Made by a program: the position numbers and the translations under genes | The notes under the pieces: model-generated | Databases searched by the model: none | The model's input: the letters and a program-made list of their open reading frames with translations, nothing else | What the model was told of the DNA's origin: nothing | Shown here: piece after piece, positions 1 through 15,374 of the stretch | Layout of the letters: every line of letters starts with the position of its first letter | Numbering within the stretch: position 1 is the first letter of the stretch | Origin: Psilocybe cubensis | Taxonomy: Eukaryota | Assembly (NCBI GenBank): GCA_017499595.2 | Contig: CM039005.1 | Span: 1,426,001 to 1,490,000 of the forward strand | DNA: 64,000 nucleotides | Direction: 5' to 3'

Positions 1-913
1 TGTATACAGTTTACTAGAGCAGATGTGCTGAAGAGTGAGATGGCGACTGCTCAGAAAGAAAGAGGTATTTCAGAGGGGGAACTACACGCCCCAGATGTGT
101 GTGTAGATCTTTGAGTGGCGCGACGTTATTTTGGACAAAAGGGTGCTTCGACTCGGAGCGGCCGATCCCATGGATTAGGCGTTCTGTCACCTGAAAGGGG
201 TACCTTATCTCTCAAAGTGGACGAAACAGATATAAAAAGACAGAAGATCCCGGGATCACAGAAATTCTCCATGATTTTGGACTGTCACATTGAAAGCCTT
301 CGACGTTCGGCGAGTTGCACGGAAAAGGCAGCAAGTTGGTGTGATCGTGGACGCGGTGAAATTAACACATGTGAACCTGCCAAGTTGCTGATGTCATCTT
401 ACAGAATCCAAAAAAGGAAAATAACTGAAGAGAAGAGTGTGGTCAGTGACAGGTTCACTGCCTTTTCCACTCACCCTACGTACGCCTTCTCAGTGCCTTG
501 TTCCACCCTGCCCGACCCCAGATTTATCAGATTGTCTTCTCTCCAGTGTTATTACCCAGCTCTCTCAGTCTTTCTCACAGAGCACACAAGTTGCAATCCA
601 TCGATAAGGGACTTGTGTGCGACGCCGAAGATGCAGGACTAACGGGTACGGCCGCCCGACGCCAGTTATGTGTTCTGAGGTCCAGCTCGTCCATAGTCCA
701 CAGTCCCCTCGGAACTCACGGGAAAGCGTAGTGTGGAATCCCTGATTCATTCGACAGCGGTGAGAAATAAATGCCATTCAAGTCCCCCTCCGGGGTTCTT
801 TTTCTACAAACGGTTTTTTCTGATAGATTACAGTCGCCTTGACTCATACCAGTATGTGAAAGTGCGATTACAATCTCTTCTGCCTCCGACCGACCCTAAC
901 CCACGGCCATTGT

Positions 914-1794
914 TCATGCCTTGTTCGCAATCGACCCTGCAGCCTTGAAAAGAATTCTCAACGGGTGTGCTATCGAGATGTCAGAGTAGGTAGGAAAAGG
1001 TTCACGACGATACTCACATAGTCCAAAGAAGAACACAGCGGTGCTTTAAGGTGCTCATGATGAGCACGAGTTATATTCTACGAAGCCCCTGACTCACCGA
1101 ACCCAACCCTTTCCAATCCCGTTAAAATGAATGTAAATCGTGTTATACACGAGTCTGGTCGCGACACTGTAACGAGTCAACACCTCATCAGCACCCAGAA
1201 CCAGGAAACTAAATTATTCCCCGGACATCGGGAGCACTCACTACGTCAACGACATCGTGTTCAGATATCGGTTATCCAGGCCCGCGATACTCCCGACTAT
1301 CTGTACACACAATCAGAAGCGAATCAGCCCCTGCCCACTGAGAAGTCGAAGTCGAACCGGAAACGGCTCTCACAAGCCAGTGGCGACGAGCCACTCGGTT
1401 CGCATGCGGTATACGATACTCACGATGGCTGCGAACCAGATGGGCATGTTCTCGTTCCCGTTTAGATGTGCTCCTTCCATCTGGGATAGCGTCTGGGAGC
1501 TGCTCGCGGTGACTCGCCCTTGCAGGTTCTGAGCCCTCGGAGAGACGCTACACGCACATCATGGCGTTATTAGTCAATTTGATTATCAAACCCTCAAGGG
1601 TGGACTCGGACGTACTTGTTGTACCCGACTGAGTTGTTGATTTTCATGAACTATGTGTATTACTTATTAGGCATCTGCTTCTGCGCGAGCGGCGAGCAGA
1701 AATGCCTCACCCTCAATGAGCCAGGATAGAACGCCGAGAACCACACGGCGGGGATGGAATAAAAGTACAGAGGCTTATCGAGAAGGCTTGCCAT
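914..1794 (-). CDS. MAPEG-like small membrane protein, copy 1 (multi-exon)
   Basis: Manual GT-AG splicing gives MASLLDKPLYFYSIPAVW...MEGAHLNGNENMPIWFAAI...YVATRLVYNTIYIHF...LFKAAGSIANKA*. The AHxNxxEN and RxxYxxxY motifs are typical of fungal MAPEG-family proteins. Confidence 0.8.
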
Positions 1795-2397
1795 TGTGCC
1801 AGAAAATGCTTGGGGGGAAATGCGTACTGTGAAAAGCTTCACCGGCCGACTTCTGTCTGCCTTTTTATACTCTGGGCCGTGCGTATTCATTCATGATTTG
1901 TGCGTTAAGATGTTTAATTCCGGTCATTTCTTGTGCACGCTTGACTTCGACACGGGAACATTATTCACCCTAGCTCACCTTTAGCGAATACCCAGTGACC
2001 AAATTACTAATAATAATCACATTCACGAGACACAATCCGTCATCCACAACGCTTATTTAAAAACAAAGCAGGTCAGATTGGCGCTCTTGGGCACTCTCAT
2101 CAAAAGCGTACTCACCACTTGTATTTGTGTATTTTATCTTTTCGATATTGCTTACCATGAATCAACGGTGTTTTAGAGAAAGGCGTCACTTTCGTCATTC
2201 GGATGAAAGGCATCCGGCGCCAATAAATAGACTCCATAAAGAACCTTATACTATGCTAAACTATTAAGTCCATTTGCCAGCCGTGTGATGATGCAGATTA
2301 TTTCGAGGAAACCTTAATTTCAAACCTCCCATTACCCAACATTCATGAAAGTTCCCAGGAGGATATGACTGGGGTGGATGTTTTGGACGACTCGATC

Positions 2398-3229
2398 TCA
2401 GTAATATCCACGTCCGGACCTATTGTAGACTGATCCCGCAGCTTTGAACAAAACACTCAACGGTTGCGCTGCCAAGATGATAAGGCTACAAAATCAGAAT
2501 CATGACTGTTAATGCGCCACGTACATAGTCCGATGTAATATATAGCAGTTCTTAAAAAATTTGGGCAAATGAGTCGGTTTTCGCTTACTACGTGTAGTTG
2601 AATCAGTCACTGACCTGAGATATCCTTTGCCAATGTGATTGAAATGGATGTAAACCGTGTTGTAGACGACTCTTGTCGCTACGCTGATGCAACACATCAG
2701 AGCTTCAGTATCTTCTGTTCGATGTATTCATAACGCTTACTATGTCAGCGACATGGTGTTTAACCAGCGGTGACTCAATCCCGCCATGTTGCCAACGATC
2801 TGTGAAGGGATAAATTCCAAGTAAGCGGCTGATATCGGAGAATGATGGCGCATATATTCACGATAGCAGCGAACCAGATAGATAGATTCTCGTATCCATT
2901 CAGGTGAGCGCCTTCCATTCGTTCAAGCAACTGGGAATCATGTGCTGTGACTTGGTCGCCCAGATTTTTCGCGGTGTTTGACCTTGGAGAGACACTGTAT
3001 GCAAGCAAAAGCATTAATCAAAGACCGACAAGCGGTTGGTATTCCGTGTACTTGTTGTATCCAACGGAATTGAGCATTTTAAAATACTGAGGGACCCACA
3101 ACGTAAATATATGCGCGTCTATTGTGGAATTTGGGATGTACGAACCTTCATCTCTCCTGGATAAACCGCTGTGAAGAAGATCAATGGGATGGAGTAAAGG
3201 GAGAGGGGTCTATCCATAAGGCTACTCAT
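2398..3229 (-). CDS. MAPEG-like small membrane protein, copy 2 (tandem paralog)
   Basis: MSSLMDRPLSLYSIPLIF...ERMEGAHLNGYENLSIWFAAI...YVATRVVYNTVYIHF...LFKAAGSVYNRSGRGYY*. Exon structure matches copy 1. Confidence 0.8.
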
Positions 3230-3714
3230 CCTGGTAGGTAGACGTTTGAAATGGGAATTGAATTTTGAATTTTTGAATCGGCTCTTCTTATAGCGACGTG
3301 CACGCGTGGCTATGTCTCAGATTTTGTCCGTAGGGACTGGGTCTTCCCTATTATTAGCTCAAAAACCATGACTTCGTTCAAGAATGGGTACAAAGGTATG
3401 CACCCGTTATTCATGATGTGGCTTGTGTAATTTTTCATTGTTCCGTCCAAGACTATCACTCGCGATTCTAATTTACAACACAAGTATACACTTGGAGCCA
3501 TGTCAGCATACAAACCATAACCGCACGGCTGCGCATCCAATATTTAAGACCATAGTAACATGCATTGTGCTCACTGGCATAAATTTGCCAAAATGGTTAA
3601 AAAGATCAGACTTCCCCGCCACGATGACCTCGAGAAGCATCAATATTCCTGAACAATATTTTCTGGGTTAAAACACAAAATTCCCAAATCTACCGCCATG
3701 CTTACCTCGCTAAG

Positions 3715-4871
3715 TTAAAGCCATTCACTTGTTGTTGATGAGCCTGAACATGCGCGTCTACGAGAGAAGATGCAGTGTAAGAAGTTCCATCGTCCCCGGG
3801 CCTGATAATGAAAGAAGAAAAGTTGGCTGTTAGGCGGATGATCCTCAATGCGTACCAAACCAGAACGCAGAACGCACCTTACATATGGGCCTGGGTAGTT
3901 GTTAGCTAACTCTGCGTTGTCAGAACATTTTTTAAATAGATTGGCCAGGTTTTTGAGAGAACACTTGGTACGAAGAATAGGACCTGCATGTGCTGCCTTA
4001 CCAACCGACACATGAGGAGCGGAGGTGCTTTGCTCCTCGAATGCTTTACCAGCTCCAGATTTCTGAGTCCCTTGATGGGAAACAGAACGAGCTGGGTCAG
4101 AGTTCGACGGATACTCTTGTACCTCTAAAAATGTCTTGTTTCGGGGATGGGATGGTTGTGTGGCGGACGACCCTGAAGTTCCAGTCTGAGCGTGGAAGTA
4201 GTTCTGTGGGTACCTAAATTCTTCTGGAGACATCTTTCGTCTACAAGGGGTATAACAATCGTTATTCTGCTGCTCTGTAGCTGTTAAAACGTGTAGACCC
4301 ACCCAGGCGGTAAGTAGAGCGATTCTGAGCTCGTGCTCGCAAACATGGCACCAATGGAGCTGTTAGATCGCCTATTGAGCCGTTTGGCTTCCATGGCTTC
4401 TTGTTTTAACCTTTTCTGCTGTGCCTTGGTACGCATGAGCTCCCGATAGTAGCCCGAGTCGTTCTGTTGACATTCAATGTTATGCTCAACGGAAGAGTAG
4501 AATAAGATGGATCTTTGCACAACTCACCTCGTATTCTCTAAAGATTAGTTCGATTCCCTGTTCCAATGATTTCATTGCAGCGTCAGTGGGTAAAACTCTG
4601 TTTTCTAAACCTCTTTTCTCCAATAAAACGCCTTTTTTCAGGCTTACAGCATGTTGGTGAGACAAAAATTGGACTGATATACCAGTGCTTACTTTTCAAT
4701 GCGTGACTTGTATCTAGCCTTTATTTCATCGTTTCTCTCATCAATGAGATGACCTTCCAGCTCATTGATTGCAAGAAGAACTTCGTTCAGTTTGTTGAGA
4801 TACGAAACATGGTCGGTCGCTTTGTGACTGCTGGGAATCAAATGTTGCTGTTGGCTGCTGTGCGAAGACAT
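3715..4871 (-). CDS. Hypothetical protein, helical N-terminal half; 3' end uncertain
   Basis: ORFs 4689-4871, 4284-4520 and 3715-4302 are separated by GTAAGC/GTGAGT-type introns. The first junction is in frame (…RIENLKKGVLLEKRGL…IFREYE). No family recognised. Confidence 0.55.
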
Positions 4872-5719
4872 GGGTATGATTTGACCTGGGGAGTGTCGTC
4901 AAACGTAGTAAAATGCTCACCTTTATATCGAACACAAATGTACAGAGGGCCACCATTGGCACCAAGCGCACAACGAAGTCTCATGGCCCGTATCATCGAA
5001 TATATGTGCGGCCCATTACGATTTAAAAACGTTTAAACCCTATGGAAGTGAGCCTCAACACAACGATTGAATATTAAACCCAGTCGATGGCCTGTGAGAT
5101 GCAGTCATTTGTTCTGTCTCGTATGGAGACGAACGATACCTGTCAGATTCAATGTCATGCCGGGAATGCATAAGGCCCACATTCAATCGGACGAAAGTCG
5201 AAAGCGATAAGATCCTAACTGGTTAAGCATCAAGTAAGTTTGAAAGTAAACATGGCTAAGTTTAGTAGTACCGCTGGACGATAACAGACGAGAGGTCTTA
5301 ATTGTGCGTGGTGGTTCAACCTCAGACTGCGCGGCATGCATCGCCTGCATTAGATACTTGGCACAAGCTCGCGGGCCGTCACGCAGCTCTTTTTCCCATT
5401 TTACCAGTAGCACCGGTGGCCCAGCGTATTCCCATGCCTGAGTATTTCTAGGCCACCGTCGTACATATTGGTGCAGTGGGTGAAGCAAGTTGAACTTTGG
5501 CAACTGAAAAACCGGCCCTTCATTAAATTGAATTCACATGATCACGTGCAGTACGCGTTTGCGCACGGTCTGATCAGATTTTGGTCAGGTCAGTTTGAGG
5601 CCATTTCTCAAATCGGACTTCCTCACTTTCAAAAATGTCTCACTCGTTGCTCTGGTTTTCACCACGTTCTGCACATCCAAGTGCAGCATCAAGTCACACT
5701 AGTAAACTGTATATGTGCT

Positions 5720-8435
<2,716 letters not shown>

Positions 8436-9568
8436 TTTTTGTTGTAATCGTAATCATTCTTCTTTTACATTCTTATGTTTTTTGCTGGTGGATAAGTCTA
8501 CCTGCATACGCATCCATCACTTGTCGACATTGTGAATCCCAGTCACTCTGAAAACTCCCTCGCTGTTGCGCACTCACATATAATTGCAAGGGGAAAACAG
8601 TATCAGAGAAATTACAAGATGAACATCATTTCTGCCTTCGAGACGTTTCACAGCCATTTATATGCATACCGCTGTCTTTGTTTCTTGCTTTTAGAACACT
8701 CTCACCAGCAGACATTGAAATATTCGGTGCCGGTGTATACTTACCCCGGAAGTTGCTGATGCCATGTTACTTATATCTTTCACTCACATCTGATTCATGG
8801 CGACAACGGAGCGACAACTGTTCGTATTGTGTTGTCATCTTGTTCAATATCAATGTGCCAAAAGTGGCCGTTCTAATTTATCCCTCCCTTCAACCTTGAA
8901 ACTGCCAACCTCCCTCAATAATTCTGTAGGTTCGTCCGTCATCAGTTCTTTAGACCTCACCTAAATGGCATATTCAGGTGCATTACCTCTCAAACTTCCC
9001 ACAAGAGCGTTAGTTCTTGACCTTAACCTTAGGCTATTCTCAGTTGAACTGTGATCTGCCAAGAATATACAGGAACCTACTCAGTTGAGATCTCCAGACC
9101 TGGAGGCAAGAATCCATCAATAGGCTTTTATTGTTGATCAATCTTGAACTTTATAATTCAGCATTACTATCTCACTCTGACTATCAGGTAAGCAATTTAT
9201 TATCTTTGACTGTTGTGACCAAATTCCCTTTTCTGTGGTGTATTTTATTTGAGATAGGGACTCACTAGCACTGCGTACGACGATCACAACAATCAGTTTC
9301 CAAGCTGGCGAATTATATCTAGCACCTACCATGGCGTTGCACGGCTGAGCATTCTTCAAGACAAGAGCTTCCTTTTCTGTTAAGGATTAGCATATGCCGA
9401 TGCTGCAAGTGAAACGGATTCCTTTCGATCATGTTTGTGTCATACTCTGGGATCTTGTCCAATTTCGTCACCAGTGGTTGGCCGGCATCAAAAAATAGTC
9501 CGTCTGTGCATATATAATGTCACGACATGTATCCTTTGGCTCGACATCGGACACACACACCCAGAACC

Positions 9569-11243
9569 ATGGACGTTATTCTCTTCTTTGCTAAGCCGCT
9601 CCTTGAAGAATTACAGCTCATCACGTACTTGAGAGGTGTGTTCATAATTCATTTTAATATTATATCTTTACTTCTGCTTATGCATTCCCACCCAGCAATG
9701 TGTTCAACAATTGTGTTGTATGAACATGGTATGTTCAAAAGCTGCCGAAGCATACTGGTCAATTGATGATTCCATAGTAATTAACATGGATCAGGAAGTG
9801 AGGTGATATTCTTGTCTAGATGGGAGATTGACTGCTGATGCCGCAATACCGCTTTAGGTTGATCTCGTCTGGGTAGGAAATGACCACATTATCTTTTGTT
9901 CATTTACTGACTTGCGCAATAGAAATCAAGATGGAGTATCTTGAAAGTCGTCTATCTAATGGTCTGTTCATTTTCTCTACCTATCCTTTTCCATTCCCTT
10001 ACAAACTGAATTTCCAAGAACCGCTATTTGACTCTTTTGGGAATTGCGTCAGTTGGAAATTATGTTTGAAATATAAGTCCATCTTAACAATATTTATTTC
10101 TAGCATCTTAGGATTTGGTGGTAGGCCAACTTCCTCCTCGGGACACGTCATTATCTAGAAGCTCTGACAATTTTCTGAAATGATTAGATATATTTCTAGA
10201 TGCTGGCCCATCTCTTATAGTAAGCCTTTGAATTCGAGCTAATGGTAGCAAAAAAGACGCACTGACATAACTAACAGCTGTAAGTCATTATTGTCCATAA
10301 GCTTATTGCTACTCTCAATACTTACATATAGTTGTACGTAGCTTTCTTGAGTATTATTCTTTCGATATTGTATCTGATCATTCAAATAGGCTCAACATAC
10401 TACCAACTGGGTGCATGGTGCACCATGGTAGCAATTGTTTTGGCCCAAAGTACATCAACTCTTTTGTGCTGTGTAAGATAATAACAAAACACATTTTATC
10501 TAGTCATTTTCCAAATTCGATTATACGCTATCTATGAATTGAACAGGTCATTCCTGTTGATTATTGTTACAGCGTTTCTGTCATGCTCTGCTGCTGCTGC
10601 GTGGATACTTTGGCAGAGTACGTCCGCTCTTACAGGTTTGCCAAAACTTCCCATGATTTTGCCAATTACACTTGACATCTTTGTATTCCTTCAGGTTCAT
10701 TAATTCAGATTCCTTTAGTCAAAAATCCACTGTGTTATCCAGCTGGTCTGTCAGACATGATCAGGTCTTTTTGGATACCTGTTCTAGTGTTTGAAACACT
10801 ATTGTGTGCATTAGCCCTGTGGCGAGGATACCAATATTTCAACTGCACAGACGTGAGGTTTGGAAATCGACTGATGCTTATCCTTGTCCGCGACTCCCTG
10901 TTTTACTATGTCTTGTAAGTAGAGGCGGGAATACACGGTCGGGGACCTTACTTGCTAACTATTATATTGTTTTCTGTTACAGAATGGCATCTACTCACGT
11001 AGTTTCACTGGTTATCAGCTTTGTTGCTTCGGTAAATATTCCTTATTCAAGTGTTCAATAGTTTTGCTAATAAAATGGAGGCCACAGAAAGGCTATTTAG
11101 TGGTCTCAATCACCTTTTCCTCTACCATGTCCTGCATCTTATCGTCTCGTGTAATTACAAACCTCCGTGCCGTAAGCAAGGAAACCATATACACGGATGA
11201 TTCACCATCGCATATGGACCTACCACACTTCTCCATACGCTGA
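9569..11243 (+). CDS. DUF6533-type multi-pass membrane protein, copy A
   Basis: Many short exons encode CSTIVLYEH...DQEVDLVWKSRWSILKVVYLMNRY...FQIRLYAIY...FWIPVLVFETLLC...LVRDS...SRVITNLR, the typical agaricomycete DUF6533 pattern. Confidence 0.8.
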
Positions 11244-12125
11244 GCTTCAATCAGAATCACTATATTACGTTGGATTAACATTGGGGCGCCGTAACCTACC
11301 GTTTAATTATAAAAACTCCCTACCATCTGACTTCGCATCAACCTCGGATATCGGCGCTTACCGGAAAAGCAAGTTGCTGCAAGCCCAACAAATCGCACAG
11401 TGCGTCCCGTAGTTGCTTTAGCGCCTCTGGATCGAAGTGAGCCATGAAACCAGGAGCATACCTACCAAGCTCACCCAGAGCTTAAAAGATTACTAAACTG
11501 CCCTCAGCAGGTCCGCCCGGCGTACCGCAGCGGGAGAATTCGGGAACCTTTCCTATACATGTACCGTAGAGCACAACTGTAACTTGAAGGGGAGAAACAG
11601 ATCTCTGTCCCATTTGGTCTCCCTGATTAGCCTTTGCTAGACTTTAAGCGCAACTACTCAGTTGTAAGTAAAAGGGGTGATAGTTTTTAAGGTCTAAGTA
11701 CTCAAATGCATAGCGAGGACATCACGCTTTGCCGACAATTTAGAATTATCGAGTCAATGCAAAACACCGGTGGTAATAGACAATATAGCAGCAGGTCCAG
11801 GCAAGGCCGTTGACTCACTTTAGGGTCCTAACATTTATGACGTCATGATCCTCGGATCGTCATGATCGTGTGCATGATTCGGCAGCCATTCAATATTCAA
11901 CATCGAATATTGAACGTTGAATCTCGAACACTCAAGCCGTCGAGGAAGGTGCAATGGTAACGAAATGCTTCAATCATTAGAATATGTGGTGAGTGGTTAT
12001 TCATATGATGCAGGCGCTCAAGTTCAAAGGGAAGAGAAACGTCATGCCGCTTCTTTCGCAAACAAGGGAATCGAAACATTGTCGCCAATGTCCCTTGCAT
12101 GCCAAGTGGCTTGCGGTCGGATACA

Positions 12126-12162
12126 ATCGGGTCGAATAAGTACCATCTAGGACTATAAATCT
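12126..12162 (+). promoter_or_regulatory. Promoter elements shared by both P450 paralogs (ATCGGGTCSAAT plus TATA-containing CTAGGACTATAWATCT)
   Basis: The same two motifs occur in the same order upstream of P450 copy 2 (47526-47572, minus strand). Confidence 0.55.
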
Positions 12163-12229
12163 TTGGAATTGAATGCCATGTAGGGACACATTCTAAATCT
12201 CCATTGCTACTACCAGCTTTAACCAACTC

Positions 12230-15027
12230 ATGATGGTCGCACCAGGGATCAAGTATCTTCTGCGAGCGTCTTTTCATTTCGGTGTACCATCAGCGACAAC
12301 GTATTGCCTGCTAAACTTTGTGCAAGGAAGGCAGTTCCTTCCATTCAATCTCCCTGGATGGGCTGTTATAAGCATTGCCCTTGCTGCAAGACCCATTATA
12401 GCCATTGCATCTCGATTCTACTGGAAGTGGGCAAACAAAAGGGCAGCGGCTGCAAAGGGAGCAGTCATTCCTCCCTATCTACCGGACTCTTCTTTTGCTA
12501 TCATTTCTGAACTAGGGAAAAGCCTTCAGGATGGGTACCCAAGTAAGCAATGATTTCCGCAGGCTTTTACTAGCTGATGCTGACGTCTGACATTTTCTAA
12601 CACGTAGCGGATGTGCTTAAACGCTTCAATGATCAATATGGCAATGTTGTCAACTTCGATCTCATGAATAACTCATTTGTATGTCTGTTTAGCTCTATTC
12701 TATTTGGATATAGCAGTGATCTTATCATACTGGATGACCCAGTTGGTCACGAACGAACCGGAGCACATTAAGGTTTTTGTTCACGTTTTATTCTTCGACT
12801 ATCTTTAAATGACTCATTTTTCTTGTTTATCAAGGCTATGCTTTCTACGCAGTTTGAATCATTTATAAAAGGTGTGTGCACATGTAGACAGGCTAAAAGG
12901 AAATGGTTGTCAATGATTCGATTTATAGGCCCTTTGGTTCTGTCACAGATGGAATCCTTGTTCGGAGAAGGAGTTTTCAATTCCGAAGGTAAGTACTTTT
13001 CCCAAAATAAATTTTCCGTATTTAACGACCATTATTCAACGTTTAATAGGAGAAATGTGGAAGTAGGTATACGAGCCGCTCTTAATAACACGGATTTTAA
13101 TTATTTTTTCTGTTCAGATTTCATCGTGCAATGACTCGTCCCTTCTTCAGTCGAGAACGCATTAGCGATTTTGAGATTTATGATCGAAATTGGAACATAT
13201 CGTTGACACTGGCAAAGGATCGTCTGGCAGAAGGGTACTCTATTGACGTCCAGGTATGTGAAAGCCACAGCGTAGAACATCAGCAACATTTGACTCCGAT
13301 TTTCAGGATCTCATTGCACGCTTTACGCTCGATTCTGCTTCAGAGTTTCTATTCGGCAAGAACGTGGAGTCGCTCTCGGCAGGATTACCGTATCATCAGA
13401 GTGTCTCAAAGAAAAACTCGAGCGAGTTCTTTGACCATCCTTCTAACCAATTCGTTAAAGCTTTCTCGTCTGGGTTGCTTCGCATCGCAAGCCGTCTCAC
13501 AATGGGAGAAGAGTGGCCCTTGGCTGAATTCATGGGTGATAAAATAAAACCTTTCCGCGAGGTTATGGACGATTTTGTGGAACCCATGATGAAAGCCGCA
13601 TTGGCAAAGAGGGAGCAAGATATCTTACTGAAGAATGGCCAAAGCGAAAAGGAGGAGTTAAATTTACTTTCTCACCTTGTGAACCACACGCAAGGTACGA
13701 GCAGAGGTTCATCCACAACGCTGTTTCATTGACGACTCCAAAAATTTCTTCAGACCCGAAAATCCTGAAAGACGAGGTAAGAAACCATCTTCTATCTCAT
13801 GTCGAGTACAAAATTCATGTTTGCAAACTATAGGTCATCAATCTCTTGATTGCTGGACGGGACACGGTACCTTCTAATATTTTTTTCATTGCACAATTCA
13901 ATATCTTACCGTTGGCGCTTTTACAGACCATGTCGCTGATTACGTTCTCGATCTACATGCTCTCAGAGCATCCTGAAATTGAGAAGCGGCTCCGTCAAGA
14001 GATCTACGAGAAGGTTGGGCCCTTCGAGGCGCCGAAGTACGAGCAAATGCGAGAGATGAAGTATATGAGGGCTTTCTTAAACGGTAGGCAGATTTTATCG
14101 AGTTTATGTTCTGCTCTCGCTGATGGACCGTGTGGTCTAACATTACAGAGGTTCTTCGATTATACCCTTCAGTGTAAGTATAACCCAAGGCCCAATGCTC
14201 CGGTTTGAATTTTTAATTCATTTATTGCCCTGTGCAGTCCTTCTGATATTAGGTATGATTCATTTTTGTACTGAATTTATGTGCCCTGTCCTATCATTCT
14301 CACTCCGATGACGCTCTTTTAAAGGAGGTGTGCGGCACCTGCTGTTCTTCCAGCCGCAGGACCTGGAAAAAAGCCGATCTATGTTCCAAAGGATATGATG
14401 TAAGAAAGCTTTCACCTAGATTTGTGTGCCTATACGGATGCTGATACCGCTGTACTCGCAGTTGTATATATGCTACTCTTAACATGCAAAGGCGAACGGA
14501 TCTTTGGGGGCCAGACGGTCCGTACCTCTAACAGTTCAAGATCTTTTGTTGTTTTAACAGACGTTTCAGCCCTCACCTTTGACCCTGATCGGTTCCTCGA
14601 TGAGCGGGTACAGAAGTATTTGGTTTCCAACCCGTTCATATTCTGTCCCTTCAACGCTGGACCACGCATATGCCTGGGGCAACAGGTGAGACTTTTAATT
14701 TGTTAAAATTTACTTGCAGACCAAACTCATGCCCGCTTCTTTAGTTTGCTTATCACGAGTCATCGTATTATCTCATTCGTTTACTTCAGAACTTTACCGA
14801 GTTCACCCTTGATTCGTCTGCAAATGTACCACCTCCGGCAAATTGGAAAAATGAGGAAGGCATCAAGGCGACGGAGAAGGTTTTCCCGGCGGTACATCTT
14901 ACGTTGTTCGTCAAGGCAAGTACTGGATCGAAATGACTGTATGTCCGATCTTGCTGACTTTTTAAACTATTAGGGTGGATTGTGGCTTCGAATGAAGGAA
15001 ATCCAGCCCGAGAATGTTGGAATGTAA
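12230..15027 (+). CDS. Cytochrome P450, CYP63-like (CYP52 clan), copy 1
   Basis: [32 protein letters not shown]-helix AGRDT, EVLR (ExxR), FDPDRF, heme motif [13 protein letters not shown]; many short introns. Confidence 0.92.
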
Positions 15028-15374
15028 ACGTGATATTGTTTTTTTACAATAACGCAAAGATTCTGGTATCATATTGTATATTTATCAGACGTTTTTCATT
15101 CGCTTTTAATGTAAGTTACCTTATGTGCGAAGACAGAATACCATGGTTGTTTATAGATTATTTACCTTGCTATCACCCCTGGGAGTTTAGCCAAAGTGTT
15201 GAACGTTGAGCAAGGTTCTGCACATTTGATCACGCAAGCGATCTTCGTAAAAGCTTACACATCAATTATGAGTTTTGAACAGAAGCAACTCAACGTCGTC
15301 GGGCAGAATTTCTCTCATCATAGACAGTGTGCCCTCAGGGGTAATAAGGTCAGGCGGTACGTACTGAGATCCAG

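Noticed and set aside
894-902. CCCTAACCC, resembling a telomerase RNA template
   Set aside because: A given 9-mer is expected about 0.5 times by chance in 64 kb on two strands, and I saw no supporting structure.
115-948. ORFs 115-642 and neighbours
   Set aside because: No recognisable motifs or exon structure; probably intergenic or UTR.
5183-5503. 106-aa minus-strand ORF upstream of SEC23
   Set aside because: Non-ATG start, no domain signal, and it lies in a divergent promoter region.
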